64,000 nt of DNA, taken from the NCBI GenBank assembly GCA_964535385.1, contig CAZHSY010000002.1, forward strand, positions 6,939-70,938. The letters run 5' to 3'. The translations under genes and the position numbers were made by a program. The notes below the pieces were generated by a model. That model saw only the letters and a program-made list of their open reading frames with translations. It was not told the origin of the DNA and did no database searches. The DNA comes from an uncultured Candidatus Saccharibacteria bacterium. Its GTDB lineage: Bacteria; Patescibacteriota; Saccharimonadia; CAILAD01; GCA-016700035. Shown piece after piece: positions 9,123 through 18,945 of the stretch (position 1 is the first letter of the stretch; the number at the start of each line of letters is the position of its first letter).

Positions 9123-9713
9123 TTAATTTTTACTCTTTAGGCTTGTTTCAATACTTGTTTTGATCGCGTTGAGATAGGTATCGGCATTCTCAGCAGCATA
9201 GGTTGTTACATAGACGTAGTAGTAGTCACCGATCTTTACGCCAGCAAACTTATTATTTTTAGCATAATCTTCAATCGTGGTATTGCCATGGTAAATAGAG
9301 CCGTTTTTTTGTCGAACTATTTGGCCAAGCTTTTCATGTCTTTCTTGGGTACCGGAAGTCTTAATTTTTCCCTCAGCTTCTAGGGCTGGGCTATTTAGTA
9401 CTGCAACTGCGGATGCAGCCTGCCCATTCTCGGCTGGAAATTCTTGAAACGAATCAACTTTTAGGTCTGAGACTGTAGACGGAACTTCAAATTGTACACT
9501 CATCTGAGTTATCTCTAAGTACTTTTTAGTTGAGTCGGTAGACCCATCATTTGTCGCCTGAGATGTTTCGCTTTGACTTGAGGCGGAACTGTCGCTGTTT
9601 GATTTGTTGTTAGCCCAAACCTTCCAGCCAGCAAAGCCCACGACTGCAATTACTATAACCAGAGCGATTAATGCAACATGAGCGATACCTGATAGGTCAT
9701 TTTTTAGTTTCAT
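9123..9713 (-). CDS. secreted/membrane-anchored hypothetical protein
   Basis: N-terminal TM, Ser-rich linker, globular C-terminus; a TATAAT-containing hairpin lies upstream at 9795-9830. Confidence 0.4.
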   Translation of the reverse strand: MKLKNDLSGIAHVALIALVIVIAVVGFAGWKVWANNKSNSDSSASSQSETSQATNDGSTDSTKKYLEITQMSVQFEVPSTVSDLKVDSFQEFPAENGQAASAVAVLNSPALEAEGKIKTSGTQERHEKLGQIVRQKNGSIYHGNTTIEDYAKNNKFAGVKIGDYYYVYVTTYAAENADTYLNAIKTSIETSLKSKN

Positions 9714-10501
9714 ACCCCATCCTTGTTCAATTAAGCATAAGTATGACCCAAACTTTCGTAAAAGAAAACCCTAGTTCGTTGGGTTACTGCTGTTGTTTGC
9801 TCCGGGCCTATTATAATCTTTGTACTTACCCCTATAGGCCCGCATGGTTAGAATCGGCACGCCGGTCTCCTGATCGCCCAGCACCCTTGTGCGGGAGTCA
9901 TGAAAAAGAACCAGTTCTATTGGCTCGCCGGCTACATTACCGGACCACACCTCTTCAAGCGAAGTACTATCCGCCTGATTTAGGGGTGGCCTCGGTATAT
10001 TTTAGTAAGTCCTGAATAAGGCTCTGCGTTTGCGGCGGCACCTCACTCTTAGTAGTACGTGGGTCACCTTGGTCTGCGATAACGGTATGACTCTCACCCT
10101 GTTCAAGCAACTCTTGTTGGGTGTCTGGACGTAGATCCAGTTGGAAACTTCTTACGGGCAAGTTAGCATACTTCTTAGCGTCAGCTAAATCACCTGTCGA
10201 ACTAGCAGTCGGTGAAAGATCTAGAGTCTCTATACCGGCAACCATATTGGGTATATAACTATTATCATGAGCAGCTTTTTGCAGGCCTCTTCAAGTTTAG
10301 ACCGCTTCTCTTATTCGTTCATATTAAAGTCATTCCAAACGGGATCTTGCGGTTGTGGGTTTGGAGCAGGATCTGACATCTTTGCCTCTTTTTGTTATGA
10401 GCTAATTGACATATTCTATGTCAAATCCTTTGAACTTTAAAGGCTAGTGTTTATTGCTATGTCGCAACTATAGTCTTAAAGCGCAAATAAACAACAGACA
10501 C

Positions 10502-10993
10502 CTACTCAAGCCCGGTCCGCAAAATCTCATCTTCCTCCGAGTTCTTCATATCTATCCAGACTTTTCCATTCTCACTATCGAGCAATAGCTCTTGCTGGGT
10601 AATTAAATAGTCAAAGTCTTCGTATTTATCATAAGTGCGCTTGAACAGTCTATTCTCAGTACTTTGGTTGCCAGCTACAAATAAAACATTCGGATACAGG
10701 TATGTGCTCTCGTTAGCGTACTCTTCGTGCTGCCTGATACGTTTTCGTAGTAGCCAGCTTGGGGTGCCTGCCTCAAAGACATCTAGCACATAGTCAGGCT
10801 TGTCTGAGCTTCCTTTTCGTTTCAAAAAAAGCTCTGGTAGCGGACTAGGGAAAGACTCTCTATTCAGGGCGTACTTGGGGAAGATATGAAACTTGCTGCC
10901 GACTTGCCTCTTGAGAGTTAGGGCAATTCTGAAGATATAGAGGCGGCGATCAACATGTTCCTGTCGCATGGACTTGGGACTAGCAACTAACAC
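10502..10993 (-). CDS. hypothetical protein
   Basis: 163-aa ORF with no recognisable motifs. Confidence 0.3.
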   Translation of the reverse strand: MLVASPKSMRQEHVDRRLYIFRIALTLKRQVGSKFHIFPKYALNRESFPSPLPELFLKRKGSSDKPDYVLDVFEAGTPSWLLRKRIRQHEEYANESTYLYPNVLFVAGNQSTENRLFKRTYDKYEDFDYLITQQELLLDSENGKVWIDMKNSEEDEILRTGLE

Positions 10994-11175
10994 TTGGGCT
11001 TACTTCTACCTAACTCCCACACTCACTCAACAACTACTCTAAGTAGCTCTATATGTATATATAAAAGAGGAGAGAATATATTGCGAGGTTTAAAAGAGGT
11101 AAAAGCGGCCCGAAAGGGATGCTATCGTTAGTGGGGTTATCTATTTGTGTGGAGTGGGTACATTCCCTAACTGAG

Positions 11176-12163
11176 GTATACTGTTTACTATGGCAAAACA
11201 ACCGCTCAATGATGACGACAGGCAGAAGTTTTTAGACAATCTGCCAGAAGATAAAGTTAATCCAAATGCCAAGCAGAAGTTTGATAAAGCGATTGCACGC
11301 GCCGCACAGCAATCGCGATCAAAGTCGGAAAAACCGGAGCCTGACGATGATTATTGCGATACACAAACTCGTTCAGATACAGCTGAAGATACTTCCGACT
11401 CACACAGTGATACGCCCATCCATAGAGCGTTTTAGTTGTGACTAAAAACCTTCAATAGTATTGGTGTGGACAATTCCGCGACCATATTCACCAATGCTGT
11501 GGTTGACACTGTCGTGGTAGTAGCCAATGCGGTGCAGGGTTCTATAGACCCTGGCTTTATCGCTATAAACCGTTGTACCTGGAGCAATACTGGCTTGCAA
11601 ACGAGGTAGCAATACACGCGCACCAGCACTACGGACATGCTCAGCTTTAACTTTGCCACCCCGTTCAACCATACCGAATACCACAGCTTTATCCTGAGTA
11701 GTCACGTTTCTGTCACGCTCCCGGCCACCGATATATGTTTCGTCGGTTTCAACGACACCAGACAGTGGACTTCCACTTTCCAGCATGAGAGTACGAACCT
11801 GTTTAGCTATCCGCCACGCTGTTTTATAGGTTACGCCAAGATGCCGCTCAACTTCCTTAGCAGATGCACCATTCTTAGCGACTGAAAATAGGAAGATTGC
11901 ATAGAACCAGTCTTTGAGTGATGTCGAGGACTTATGGAAGATGGTATTAGCCAATGGATGTATCTGGTTACCGCAGTCTTTACACTCGTAGCATTTACGG
12001 TTTTTGACGCGGTAGTAGCTTGGGTTAGCCACGCCACATTTGGGACAGGCAGGCATGTGACCGTAGGCAAGCTCAAACATATAGTCTAGACAAGCGGTGT
12101 CGTCTGGAAAACGTTCGTTGAATTGCTTGACGGTAAATCTCATACAAACAGTGTATTACATAG
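11176..12163 (-). mobile_element. IS1595-family insertion sequence (approximate boundaries)
   Basis: the transposase occupies nearly the whole span; imperfect terminal inverted repeats ggtatactgtttactatgg (11176-11194) and cctatgtaatacactgtttgt (rc of 12144-12164); ends are not firmly defined. Confidence 0.35.
11256..12143 (-). pseudogene. IS1595/ISXO2-like transposase, frameshifted near the 3' end
   Basis: N-terminal zinc ribbon CPKCG..CKDCG and DDE region VETDETYIGG..HTNTIEGF; the ORF stops at 11442 but the conserved C-terminal motif KYLQLYLNEFVYRNNHR continues in another frame down to about 11256. Confidence 0.65.
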
Positions 12164-12196
12164 GTTACATGTTGTCAAGGGATAATCAGCTCCCGA

Positions 12197-13663
12197 CTAC
12201 ACCAAAACAGATCGCGCTGTCCTGAGTCGTTCGACTGTCTCAGGAATACCAAGCACCGCGATCGTCTCGAATAATCCAGGTGCAGCGGTTCGACCCGTGA
12301 TCGCCATACGAATGACCGAGAAAAACTCACCGGCCTTGAGCTCTTTCTCGCCAACCGTATCGCGTAAGACTGCCTCAACACCAGACTCATCGGCTGGAGC
12401 CTGAGCTAGTGCCTCTAGAGCGATGTCTAGTAGTTGGCTAGTCTTGTCACTCCCCATCTTCTGGCCTAAGAAGTCAGCCGTAGGCCGAGGACTACTAAAG
12501 AAAAAGCTAATCGCTTCGGGCAACTCAGCAAAGAACTTAATGCGCTCACGTTCCAGCAGAGCCGCTTGTTTCATGAGCTCGGGTGGCGTGTCATCAGTAA
12601 TAAGATCAGCCTGTTTAAGAACTTCTTGGGCTCGCGCTAAATACTCATCCTCGGTCAATTGCTCGCGGATCCAGACCCCATTCATCCAATTAAGCCGCTC
12701 GAGATCAAACTTAGCAGGACTCTTCTGGACTCGCTCCAGTGAAAACTTTTCAATCAGCTCACTTACAGAAAAAATTTCCTGCTCAGTCCCATCATTCCAA
12801 CCGAGGAGAGCCAAGAAGTTCAACATCGCTTCAGGCAAGTAACCCTTGTCGCGGTACTGCAAAGCATCGGTGTCGCCATGGCGTTTGGACAGCTTCGCCC
12901 CATCTGCCCCGAGAATAACCGGCAGGTGTACCCAGATCGGTCGCGGGAATTCCAATACATCATAGAGCAAAGCGTGTTTAGGGGTTGAGCTAATAAACTC
13001 ATCTCCGCGCAAGATGTGCGTAATCCCCATCAAGTGGTCATCAATAATATTGGCAAAGTTATAAGTCGGAAAACCATCAGCCTTTAAGATTACGAAGTCT
13101 TCGATCGTATTCGGGTCAATCACTGCCTCGGCCTGAGTTTCGCCGCGATTATCCAGCCAAGTAATATGATTGATTCCTAGTCGATGAATACAGGCTTCGA
13201 TGTCAAGTCGCACTGGGACCTCGGCTGAGGGACTTGCCTCTGGCTCAAGCTTCCGTCGATACACAAAAGCCCTGCCAGAGCTCTGATCAGCCGCGCGCTG
13301 TTCGGCGTAGGCCTTCGGTGAAACATAGCTCTTATAAGCCAGTCCCTGTTCAATTAGCCGATCAACGTATGTCTGATAATTTGGCAGTCGCTTCGATTGC
13401 ACATACGGCCCCACTTCACCAGCCTCCTGCCCTTCCCAGAAACCTTCATCCGGCTTGAGGCCAAACCAGTCAAGAACGGTCACGATCTGCTCAATCCCCT
13501 CTTCGACAAATCGTTCGCGATCAGTGTCTTCGAGTCGCAAGATAAACACTCCACCGGTTTGCCGAGCCAACAGCCAGTTAAAGAGAGCCGTGCGGACACC
13601 GCCAATATGCAAAAAACCCGTCGGTGACGGGGCGAAGCGAACGCGCACTGGTGACTTAGTCAT
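12197..13663 (-). CDS. gltX: glutamyl-tRNA synthetase
   Basis: RFAPSPTGFLHIGG (HIGH-type) and KLSKRHG (KMSKS-type) motifs; full-length 488 aa. Confidence 0.9.
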   Translation of the reverse strand: MTKSPVRVRFAPSPTGFLHIGGVRTALFNWLLARQTGGVFILRLEDTDRERFVEEGIEQIVTVLDWFGLKPDEGFWEGQEAGEVGPYVQSKRLPNYQTYVDRLIEQGLAYKSYVSPKAYAEQRAADQSSGRAFVYRRKLEPEASPSAEVPVRLDIEACIHRLGINHITWLDNRGETQAEAVIDPNTIEDFVILKADGFPTYNFANIIDDHLMGITHILRGDEFISSTPKHALLYDVLEFPRPIWVHLPVILGADGAKLSKRHGDTDALQYRDKGYLPEAMLNFLALLGWNDGTEQEIFSVSELIEKFSLERVQKSPAKFDLERLNWMNGVWIREQLTEDEYLARAQEVLKQADLITDDTPPELMKQAALLERERIKFFAELPEAISFFFSSPRPTADFLGQKMGSDKTSQLLDIALEALAQAPADESGVEAVLRDTVGEKELKAGEFFSVIRMAITGRTAAPGLFETIAVLGIPETVERLRTARSVLV

Positions 13664-13711
13664 ACAATTAGTATATAGGAATTAGAAGTTAGAAGGTAAT
13701 ACCATAAAATT

Positions 13712-13795
13712 AGCGTGAAGGAGTTAGGAAATAGGAACTACCATAGACAGGTCTCTAGCTGCTAATTTCTAGATGCTAGCTTCTAGCCTAGCATC
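13712..13795. repeat. second intergenic repeat family copy
   Basis: taggaactaccatagacaggtctctagctgctaatttctag matches the 8307-8395 copy. Confidence 0.4.
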
Positions 13796-14118
13796 GCTTC
13801 AGGCTGGATTTCATTCCAGTAGCCATCAGGTTGTTGTCGGAAGAACGTCACTCGTTTGACCGTCTCATATGGATCATAGCTGTGTTCGACCCGCTGAGCA
13901 GCTCCTCGATGCACATAGTGTGTCTTGGTGTCGGTCACAGCCGGAGACTCTGAGCGTTCAATCTTGTACTTTTGGTTATCTTTCTCGAAGAAAATTGCTT
14001 CAATCTGAGCTTTGAGCTGTGGATGGCCCTCGATAGGCTCCGACTGGCGAATATGGTTGTCGATCGCGTACTTGGTATCAATCAGGTCAACCAACTCCTC
14101 CCAGGATCGGTCGCTCAT
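13783..14118 (-). CDS. hypothetical protein
   Basis: 111 aa; 4-bp overlap with the upstream Pro-rich gene. Confidence 0.4.
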   Translation of the reverse strand: MSDRSWEELVDLIDTKYAIDNHIRQSEPIEGHPQLKAQIEAIFFEKDNQKYKIERSESPAVTDTKTHYVHRGAAQRVEHSYDPYETVKRVTFFRQQPDGYWNEIQPEAMLG

Positions 14119-15614
14119 AGACTGGTCGCGATTCGAATTATTTCGTCTTGGCTCAGACCATGCTGACCCTCAAGCTTGTGTATCATGCCATTACTTATCC
14201 AGGCCGCTTGATTATCACCATACACATAGATCGTTAAACCCTCAGCTTGCAGTGCCAGATAGTCGGAAGTCTTAGGTAGTACATACTGTTCGAGCAAGGC
14301 TTGTGAGTCCCACTGCGTCTGCTGCTCGGTAACATTAAACGACTGACCGCCCTTAGCAACCTTATAGCTAATCGTGCCATCACTGGCACTCACCTGCCGC
14401 GACAATGACCAGCCGGTTGGGAGGTAGGCTGGGATCGCCACATTGACGCCAGAGCGCATGCCGGCTAGCTTCAGGGCTAGAGCTGGATAATTAGCTTGCC
14501 ACAAATAAGCCCCGAGCATAATTGCAGCAATTACTCCTAAAACTAAAGCGACCGGCTTAGCGGGACCGGCAGTAGCAGGCTTGACGAGATTAGCGTCCGT
14601 ACCAAGTGCAAGTTGCAAAGCAGCCTCACGGCTCATCGTAACGCCAGCAACCGTTGTGTCTGGAGTAGCTGCGGGCGTCGGTGCTGGAGTAGCCTGTGGT
14701 GCTGGGTAGGTAATCGGCGCGACGATACCATCTACACTACCATTACCGGTGTTTGGTGATGGATTCGGGGCTGGCGGCTGAGCAGCTACAGCTGGAACTC
14801 CTGTTGTCTTAGCAAGTGTTGGTGGAGCGGCTGCGATTGCGGCCGGAGCTGATGGATTCTGAACAGCTGGAGGCGCTGATGGCATGGGTGCGACAACGGG
14901 GACCGGAGCAGATGCTGGTAGTGATGGAGCTGAAGTTGGTAATGACCCTAGAGGCTTAACGGCGGACAGTTCCTTAAGCTCAGTATCGGTCAGCACGCTT
15001 TCATCTCTACTCTCAAGTGTTGGTATCTCAGAACCAATCTGCTCCTTCATTTCGGTCAGGGGTTGTACTGGGATTGGAGTCGGTGGTATTACCGGTGACA
15101 CCGATGCTTGAGGGATTGGTGGAGTTGGTGCTACAACCGGTGGAGCTGGGATAGGTGGAACCGCTACCGGAGCCGGAGGTACTACGGGTGGAGCTGGGAT
15201 TGGACTAGGTGGTGTGACTGGAGCTGGGATTGGACTAGGTGGTGTGGCTGGAGCTGGGATTGGAGCAGCCGGCGCCGGCATGATAGGGGCCTTAACCGGA
15301 TCAGTAATTTTCTCGGCTAGTGGAGGTGTTGGCGCTGGCGCAATTGGAGCTGGCGTTGGTACTGGAATTGGAACTGGAATTGGAGGAGAAGTTACAACCG
15401 GAGCTGGAATAGGTGCAGCGACAGGGGCAACTGGTGCAGGAACTGCCACTACTGTATCTGCAACGGGTTCAGGCTTAAGTACCCCAACCTTGGTCAGATA
15501 AGGCTTTTCTTCATTAACGTCAGCCGGCTGCCAAGGTGTCCCACAGTTTGCACAGAACACCTTCCCAGCTATGACGACTCTGTCTTTTTCTTCACAATCA
15601 GGACACTGTCGCAT
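14115..15614 (-). CDS. proline-rich membrane protein with N-terminal zinc ribbon
   Basis: CPDCEE..CANCG ribbon; about 250-aa Pro/Ala/Val-rich low-complexity region encoded by tandem 30-bp DNA repeats (15170-15270); single TM; folded C-terminal domain. Confidence 0.5.
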   Translation of the reverse strand: MRQCPDCEEKDRVVIAGKVFCANCGTPWQPADVNEEKPYLTKVGVLKPEPVADTVVAVPAPVAPVAAPIPAPVVTSPPIPVPIPVPTPAPIAPAPTPPLAEKITDPVKAPIMPAPAAPIPAPATPPSPIPAPVTPPSPIPAPPVVPPAPVAVPPIPAPPVVAPTPPIPQASVSPVIPPTPIPVQPLTEMKEQIGSEIPTLESRDESVLTDTELKELSAVKPLGSLPTSAPSLPASAPVPVVAPMPSAPPAVQNPSAPAAIAAAPPTLAKTTGVPAVAAQPPAPNPSPNTGNGSVDGIVAPITYPAPQATPAPTPAATPDTTVAGVTMSREAALQLALGTDANLVKPATAGPAKPVALVLGVIAAIMLGAYLWQANYPALALKLAGMRSGVNVAIPAYLPTGWSLSRQVSASDGTISYKVAKGGQSFNVTEQQTQWDSQALLEQYVLPKTSDYLALQAEGLTIYVYGDNQAAWISNGMIHKLEGQHGLSQDEIIRIATSL

Positions 15615-15678
15615 TAAAACTCACCGCTTATGTTGTCTTCATTATGTCAGACCTGACCATAAGCGTAAAGTAGAAAAA

Positions 15679-16506
15679 TCAAGTTTTCTTGGGAGTTTTT
15701 GCCGCGCGATATACCCGCCACATAAATTTCGGAATCGCCAACTGGCGCTTCAGGCGCCATGGCTGTTGCAGGAGTCGCCATAGCCACTCCAAGCCAACCC
15801 GTCGCCAGGCCTGTGGTGCCCGCTTAATTGGCCCGCCCATTTGGTCATAGTCAAAGGTACCGCCCTCACCAATTAAAACTCGAGCCAAATCATGGTCATG
15901 CTTGGCAATAAACAGTTCTTGCCTAGGATACCCCATAGCTACGAATAAAATATCAAGGCGCTGAGAGCGTATCTCGCGTACTAACGCTGCCTCATCAATC
16001 GGCTCAAAATATCCCGACCAGGCATGCGGTCCACGCAGCCTAGGAAAGCGCTTATGTACAGCCTGTTTGGTCTGCTCAATATCACGAGGTCCGCCAAGTA
16101 TCCCCACCTTCCAGCCCTGCTTCTCGGCCAATCGCAAGAGTGCTTGGGTCGTATCAACACCGGAACCACGATCTGGAATTACCCGTTTTAGCCACTGTGG
16201 TCGCCGTAAGCCAGCTGCTAAGCTCCAGAGCCAGTGTCGCAAGGTTGGCTGCCCATCAGCTAGATAAGATGCTGCCCATTGGACAGCCACCGAGTCAGCC
16301 ACTACTAAGTCGGCCTCTTGCAGCAGTGCCTGTACAATAGTCGGCTGATCAATAAAAAACTCTACGTAGGGCTTCAGGTACAAGAAACTCCGAGCCCGAC
16401 GTGGTTGGCTCAAGAAAGTTTGCAAACGCTGCCGAACCTCGGCTTGACGGATAGGGTCAAAATCAATTGATAGGACTTTAACGCGCGGCCGAGATACCCT
16501 CATACC
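15679..16506 (-). CDS. WecB/TagA/CpsF-family (GT26) glycosyltransferase
   Basis: VLSIDFD N-terminal region and LEWLWRL..P.R..R C-terminal motif; start chosen at MRVSRPR. Confidence 0.7.
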   Translation of the reverse strand, partial: GMRVSRPRVKVLSIDFDPIRQAEVRQRLQTFLSQPRRARSFLYLKPYVEFFIDQPTIVQALLQEADLVVADSVAVQWAASYLADGQPTLRHWLWSLAAGLRRPQWLKRVIPDRGSGVDTTQALLRLAEKQGWKVGILGGPRDIEQTKQAVHKRFPRLRGPHAWSGYFEPIDEAALVREIRSQRLDILFVAMGYPRQELFIAKHDHDLARVLIGEGGTFDYDQMGGPIKRAPQAWRRVGLEWLWRLLQQPWRLKRQLAIPKFMWRVYRAAKTPKKT

Positions 16507-17624
16507 TGCTCCGTGTCTGCATGGGGGGTCCGTCGAACCGCCTGCTTCCAACGCCGACGAAAGGCACTACGCGAATAGCGCTTGGCTCGAGTCTGCATTT
16601 TAGATTTATCCCAATCCTTGGCCTCAAGTTTCTTTAAGGCCGCGATGACCGCTGCTGGTTCCGAATGGTCGAAAAACACACCGCCGGTACCCGCCGGTAC
16701 CGTCTCGCTCACTCCCCCGCCAGCCAGTGCCACCACCGGCGTACCCACTGCCAAGGCTTCGACTGGCGCAATGCCGAAGTCTTCGTGGGAACAGAAGATA
16801 AAACCCTGAGCGCCTGCCAGCAAACTAAACTTCTCACTCTCCTCAACCCAGCCCCGGAATTCAATCAGAGGATCATCTCCAGCCAGCTGCTCTAACCGCT
16901 CGCGATCGGGCCCATCACCAACAATCACCAGGCGCCGTTCGGCCTGTCGGCAAGCTCGGATCGCTAATTCGATATTTTTATATCGTGCCAGAACCGACAC
17001 CACGATGTAGTATTGAGTCTTCGTTGGTGTCAACGCCGAAGCTGTATCCAGCTCGACCACTGGATAGACGAGCTTCGATTGACGATGATAAAACTTTGCA
17101 ATCCGAGCCTGAATAGTCTGCGAAATCGCAATAAAATTCCGGCGAGACTGCTGCGACTCATAGTAGTCCCAAAGCCGTAAATGACTCGCCAAAATAGTCA
17201 CCAAGAAACGCATGATCGGATTATGGGTTCGCCCATCCAGAGCTGCTGGCCAAGCGTCCCAGAGCATACGTGCCGGGCTATAACAGTACACCGTGCAGGT
17301 CTGATGCGGACGTAAGGGCACATTCTTAACCCAAGCCGATGATACTGCAATCAGCTCGTCATAACCCTTCGTCGGCAAATGCCGTACCGCTGATTGCACC
17401 CACGGCAAGAGCCATTGGGGCCGTTGCCGAAGCGCCTTGGGCAAGCGGTTCAGCCAGCTTGTCCGTACTATTCGGCTCTTCAGACGTCCTTGGTAGCGCT
17501 CCTTGTTGTATGTCAGGGTGATTAAATCAGCCTCTGGATAGAGATCAAGAATCTCAAACAGCATGCGCTCACCGCCGCCTTCCTTGTGATAGAGCCAATC
17601 GTACAAGATCGCTGTTCGGGCCAT
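16500..17624 (-). CDS. family-1 (GT4-type) glycosyltransferase
   Basis: GT-B C-terminal signature EDFGIAPVEALAVGTPVVA. Confidence 0.7.
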   Translation of the reverse strand: MARTAILYDWLYHKEGGGERMLFEILDLYPEADLITLTYNKERYQGRLKSRIVRTSWLNRLPKALRQRPQWLLPWVQSAVRHLPTKGYDELIAVSSAWVKNVPLRPHQTCTVYCYSPARMLWDAWPAALDGRTHNPIMRFLVTILASHLRLWDYYESQQSRRNFIAISQTIQARIAKFYHRQSKLVYPVVELDTASALTPTKTQYYIVVSVLARYKNIELAIRACRQAERRLVIVGDGPDRERLEQLAGDDPLIEFRGWVEESEKFSLLAGAQGFIFCSHEDFGIAPVEALAVGTPVVALAGGGVSETVPAGTGGVFFDHSEPAAVIAALKKLEAKDWDKSKMQTRAKRYSRSAFRRRWKQAVRRTPHADTEQV

Positions 17625-17627
17625 AGC

Positions 17628-18941
17628 CTACGCCTCCTCCGGACGAGCCAGGGCAATGCCAGCTAGCGCAAAATAGGTTAAACCAAGCGTCGAATCAGCA
17701 AACGTATGCAAGAAAAGATTAGCCACGAGTAGCCCAGCCAGGCTAGCAAACATCGCCATCGTAAAAATCCCGCTCTTGCGATGAAAATTAATAAACAGTC
17801 GCGCGAAGGCAAAGATCAAGAAAGCCAGACCAATCACTCCGAGCTCAAGTGCAATCTGAATAAACCAATTCTCAGTCAGGAGCTGATGTCCATAAAAGCT
17901 AGCCGGTCCAGCCGAGCCCAGACCCAGCCCGAGCGGATGCTCTGACACCTTTTCGAGGCCCTGCTCAACAGCCTGAACATGACCAGAATCCCCACCCACC
18001 ACCTGACCGGTCGCCGACAGCTCACCGCGCAGAAGAAAGCTACGCGCAGCTGTACCAGGATCATAATGCAATACCGTCCGCACACCAAACCAGCCGATGA
18101 GTACCGCAGCTGCCAAAGCCCCAACCAACGGCCAGCGCCATTTCTTAGGAATACTTGAGAACAAAGCCGCTACCAAGCCAACCAACAGGGCCAGGATCGC
18201 CGAGCGTGAGAAGCTAACTACCACTGCCCCAGCCACGATACAAAAGCCAATCGCTGAGGCTAGTCGTTCGCGGCGATTGTCGAGCTTGACCGCCCGCAAG
18301 AACAGCCAAACTGCCGGCAAAATAAGATAGGCTCCGAGCTGATTTGGTCCACCTAAAGTTGCAAAAGCCCGTCCAAAATCAAAGCCGGGATGCACACCCT
18401 GATATGGTTGGATTGTGGCCGCCGAGTATCCCAACTGCGACAAGAGTGTGGTTGGGATCGCTAGAAATTGCCACAGCGCCACCACACTGACTAAGAGGGC
18501 CGGCAATAACACCAACTTCTCGAGGATTGAATCATCAAACGCCTTGGCCACCTGTTGGACTGTCAAAAATAGCACTAGGGGCAAGAGTGTCGTCTTAATC
18601 CCTACCAGCCAAGTAATATCAAAATGCCAGTTAATAATCGAGGCCACCATACCACTAGCAATCGCGCCGAGTATGGCGTAATTCGTCCGATGTTTGAGCC
18701 AGCCAAAGTTCTTATCTAAGAGTGCCAGACCAATTCCAGCCGCCGCCAGGATGAGTACAATGGCATCCTTCCAAGCTGCCAAGGCCAGCTCATGACCCGT
18801 CACGTGGCTAATAACAATCACCATAAATGCGTGGAACGGCAAAAGAATCAGCAACAGCATAATGCCGTACTGCAAGATATTCGTCAGTAGATCATGCCAC
18901 TGGTGACGGGCATGAGAAGAAAAGGGAGAAAGACGCCTCAT
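17628..18941 (-). CDS. O-antigen ligase/polymerase-like polytopic membrane protein
   Basis: 437 aa, about 10-12 TM helices with a large periplasmic loop; adjacent to glycosyltransferases. Confidence 0.5.
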   Translation of the reverse strand: MRRLSPFSSHARHQWHDLLTNILQYGIMLLLILLPFHAFMVIVISHVTGHELALAAWKDAIVLILAAAGIGLALLDKNFGWLKHRTNYAILGAIASGMVASIINWHFDITWLVGIKTTLLPLVLFLTVQQVAKAFDDSILEKLVLLPALLVSVVALWQFLAIPTTLLSQLGYSAATIQPYQGVHPGFDFGRAFATLGGPNQLGAYLILPAVWLFLRAVKLDNRRERLASAIGFCIVAGAVVVSFSRSAILALLVGLVAALFSSIPKKWRWPLVGALAAAVLIGWFGVRTVLHYDPGTAARSFLLRGELSATGQVVGGDSGHVQAVEQGLEKVSEHPLGLGLGSAGPASFYGHQLLTENWFIQIALELGVIGLAFLIFAFARLFINFHRKSGIFTMAMFASLAGLLVANLFLHTFADSTLGLTYFALAGIALARPEEA

Positions 18942-18945
18942 ACCG

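Noticed and set aside
9671-10015. 114-aa + strand ORF overlapping the promoter region of 9123-9713
   Set aside because: It starts inside the upstream gene's 5' end on the opposite strand, has a Cys/Leu-rich odd composition, and spans a hairpin/promoter region. It is likely non-coding.
11190-11435. 81-aa acidic ORF on + strand
   Set aside because: It lies antisense over the frameshifted C-terminal portion of the IS1595 transposase, whose conserved motif is readable on the opposite strand, so it is almost certainly a non-coding shadow ORF.
12423-13685. Several 60-140 aa ORFs antisense within gltX
   Set aside because: They sit inside a well-supported, full-length aminoacyl-tRNA synthetase gene, lack RBSs, and are frame shadows.
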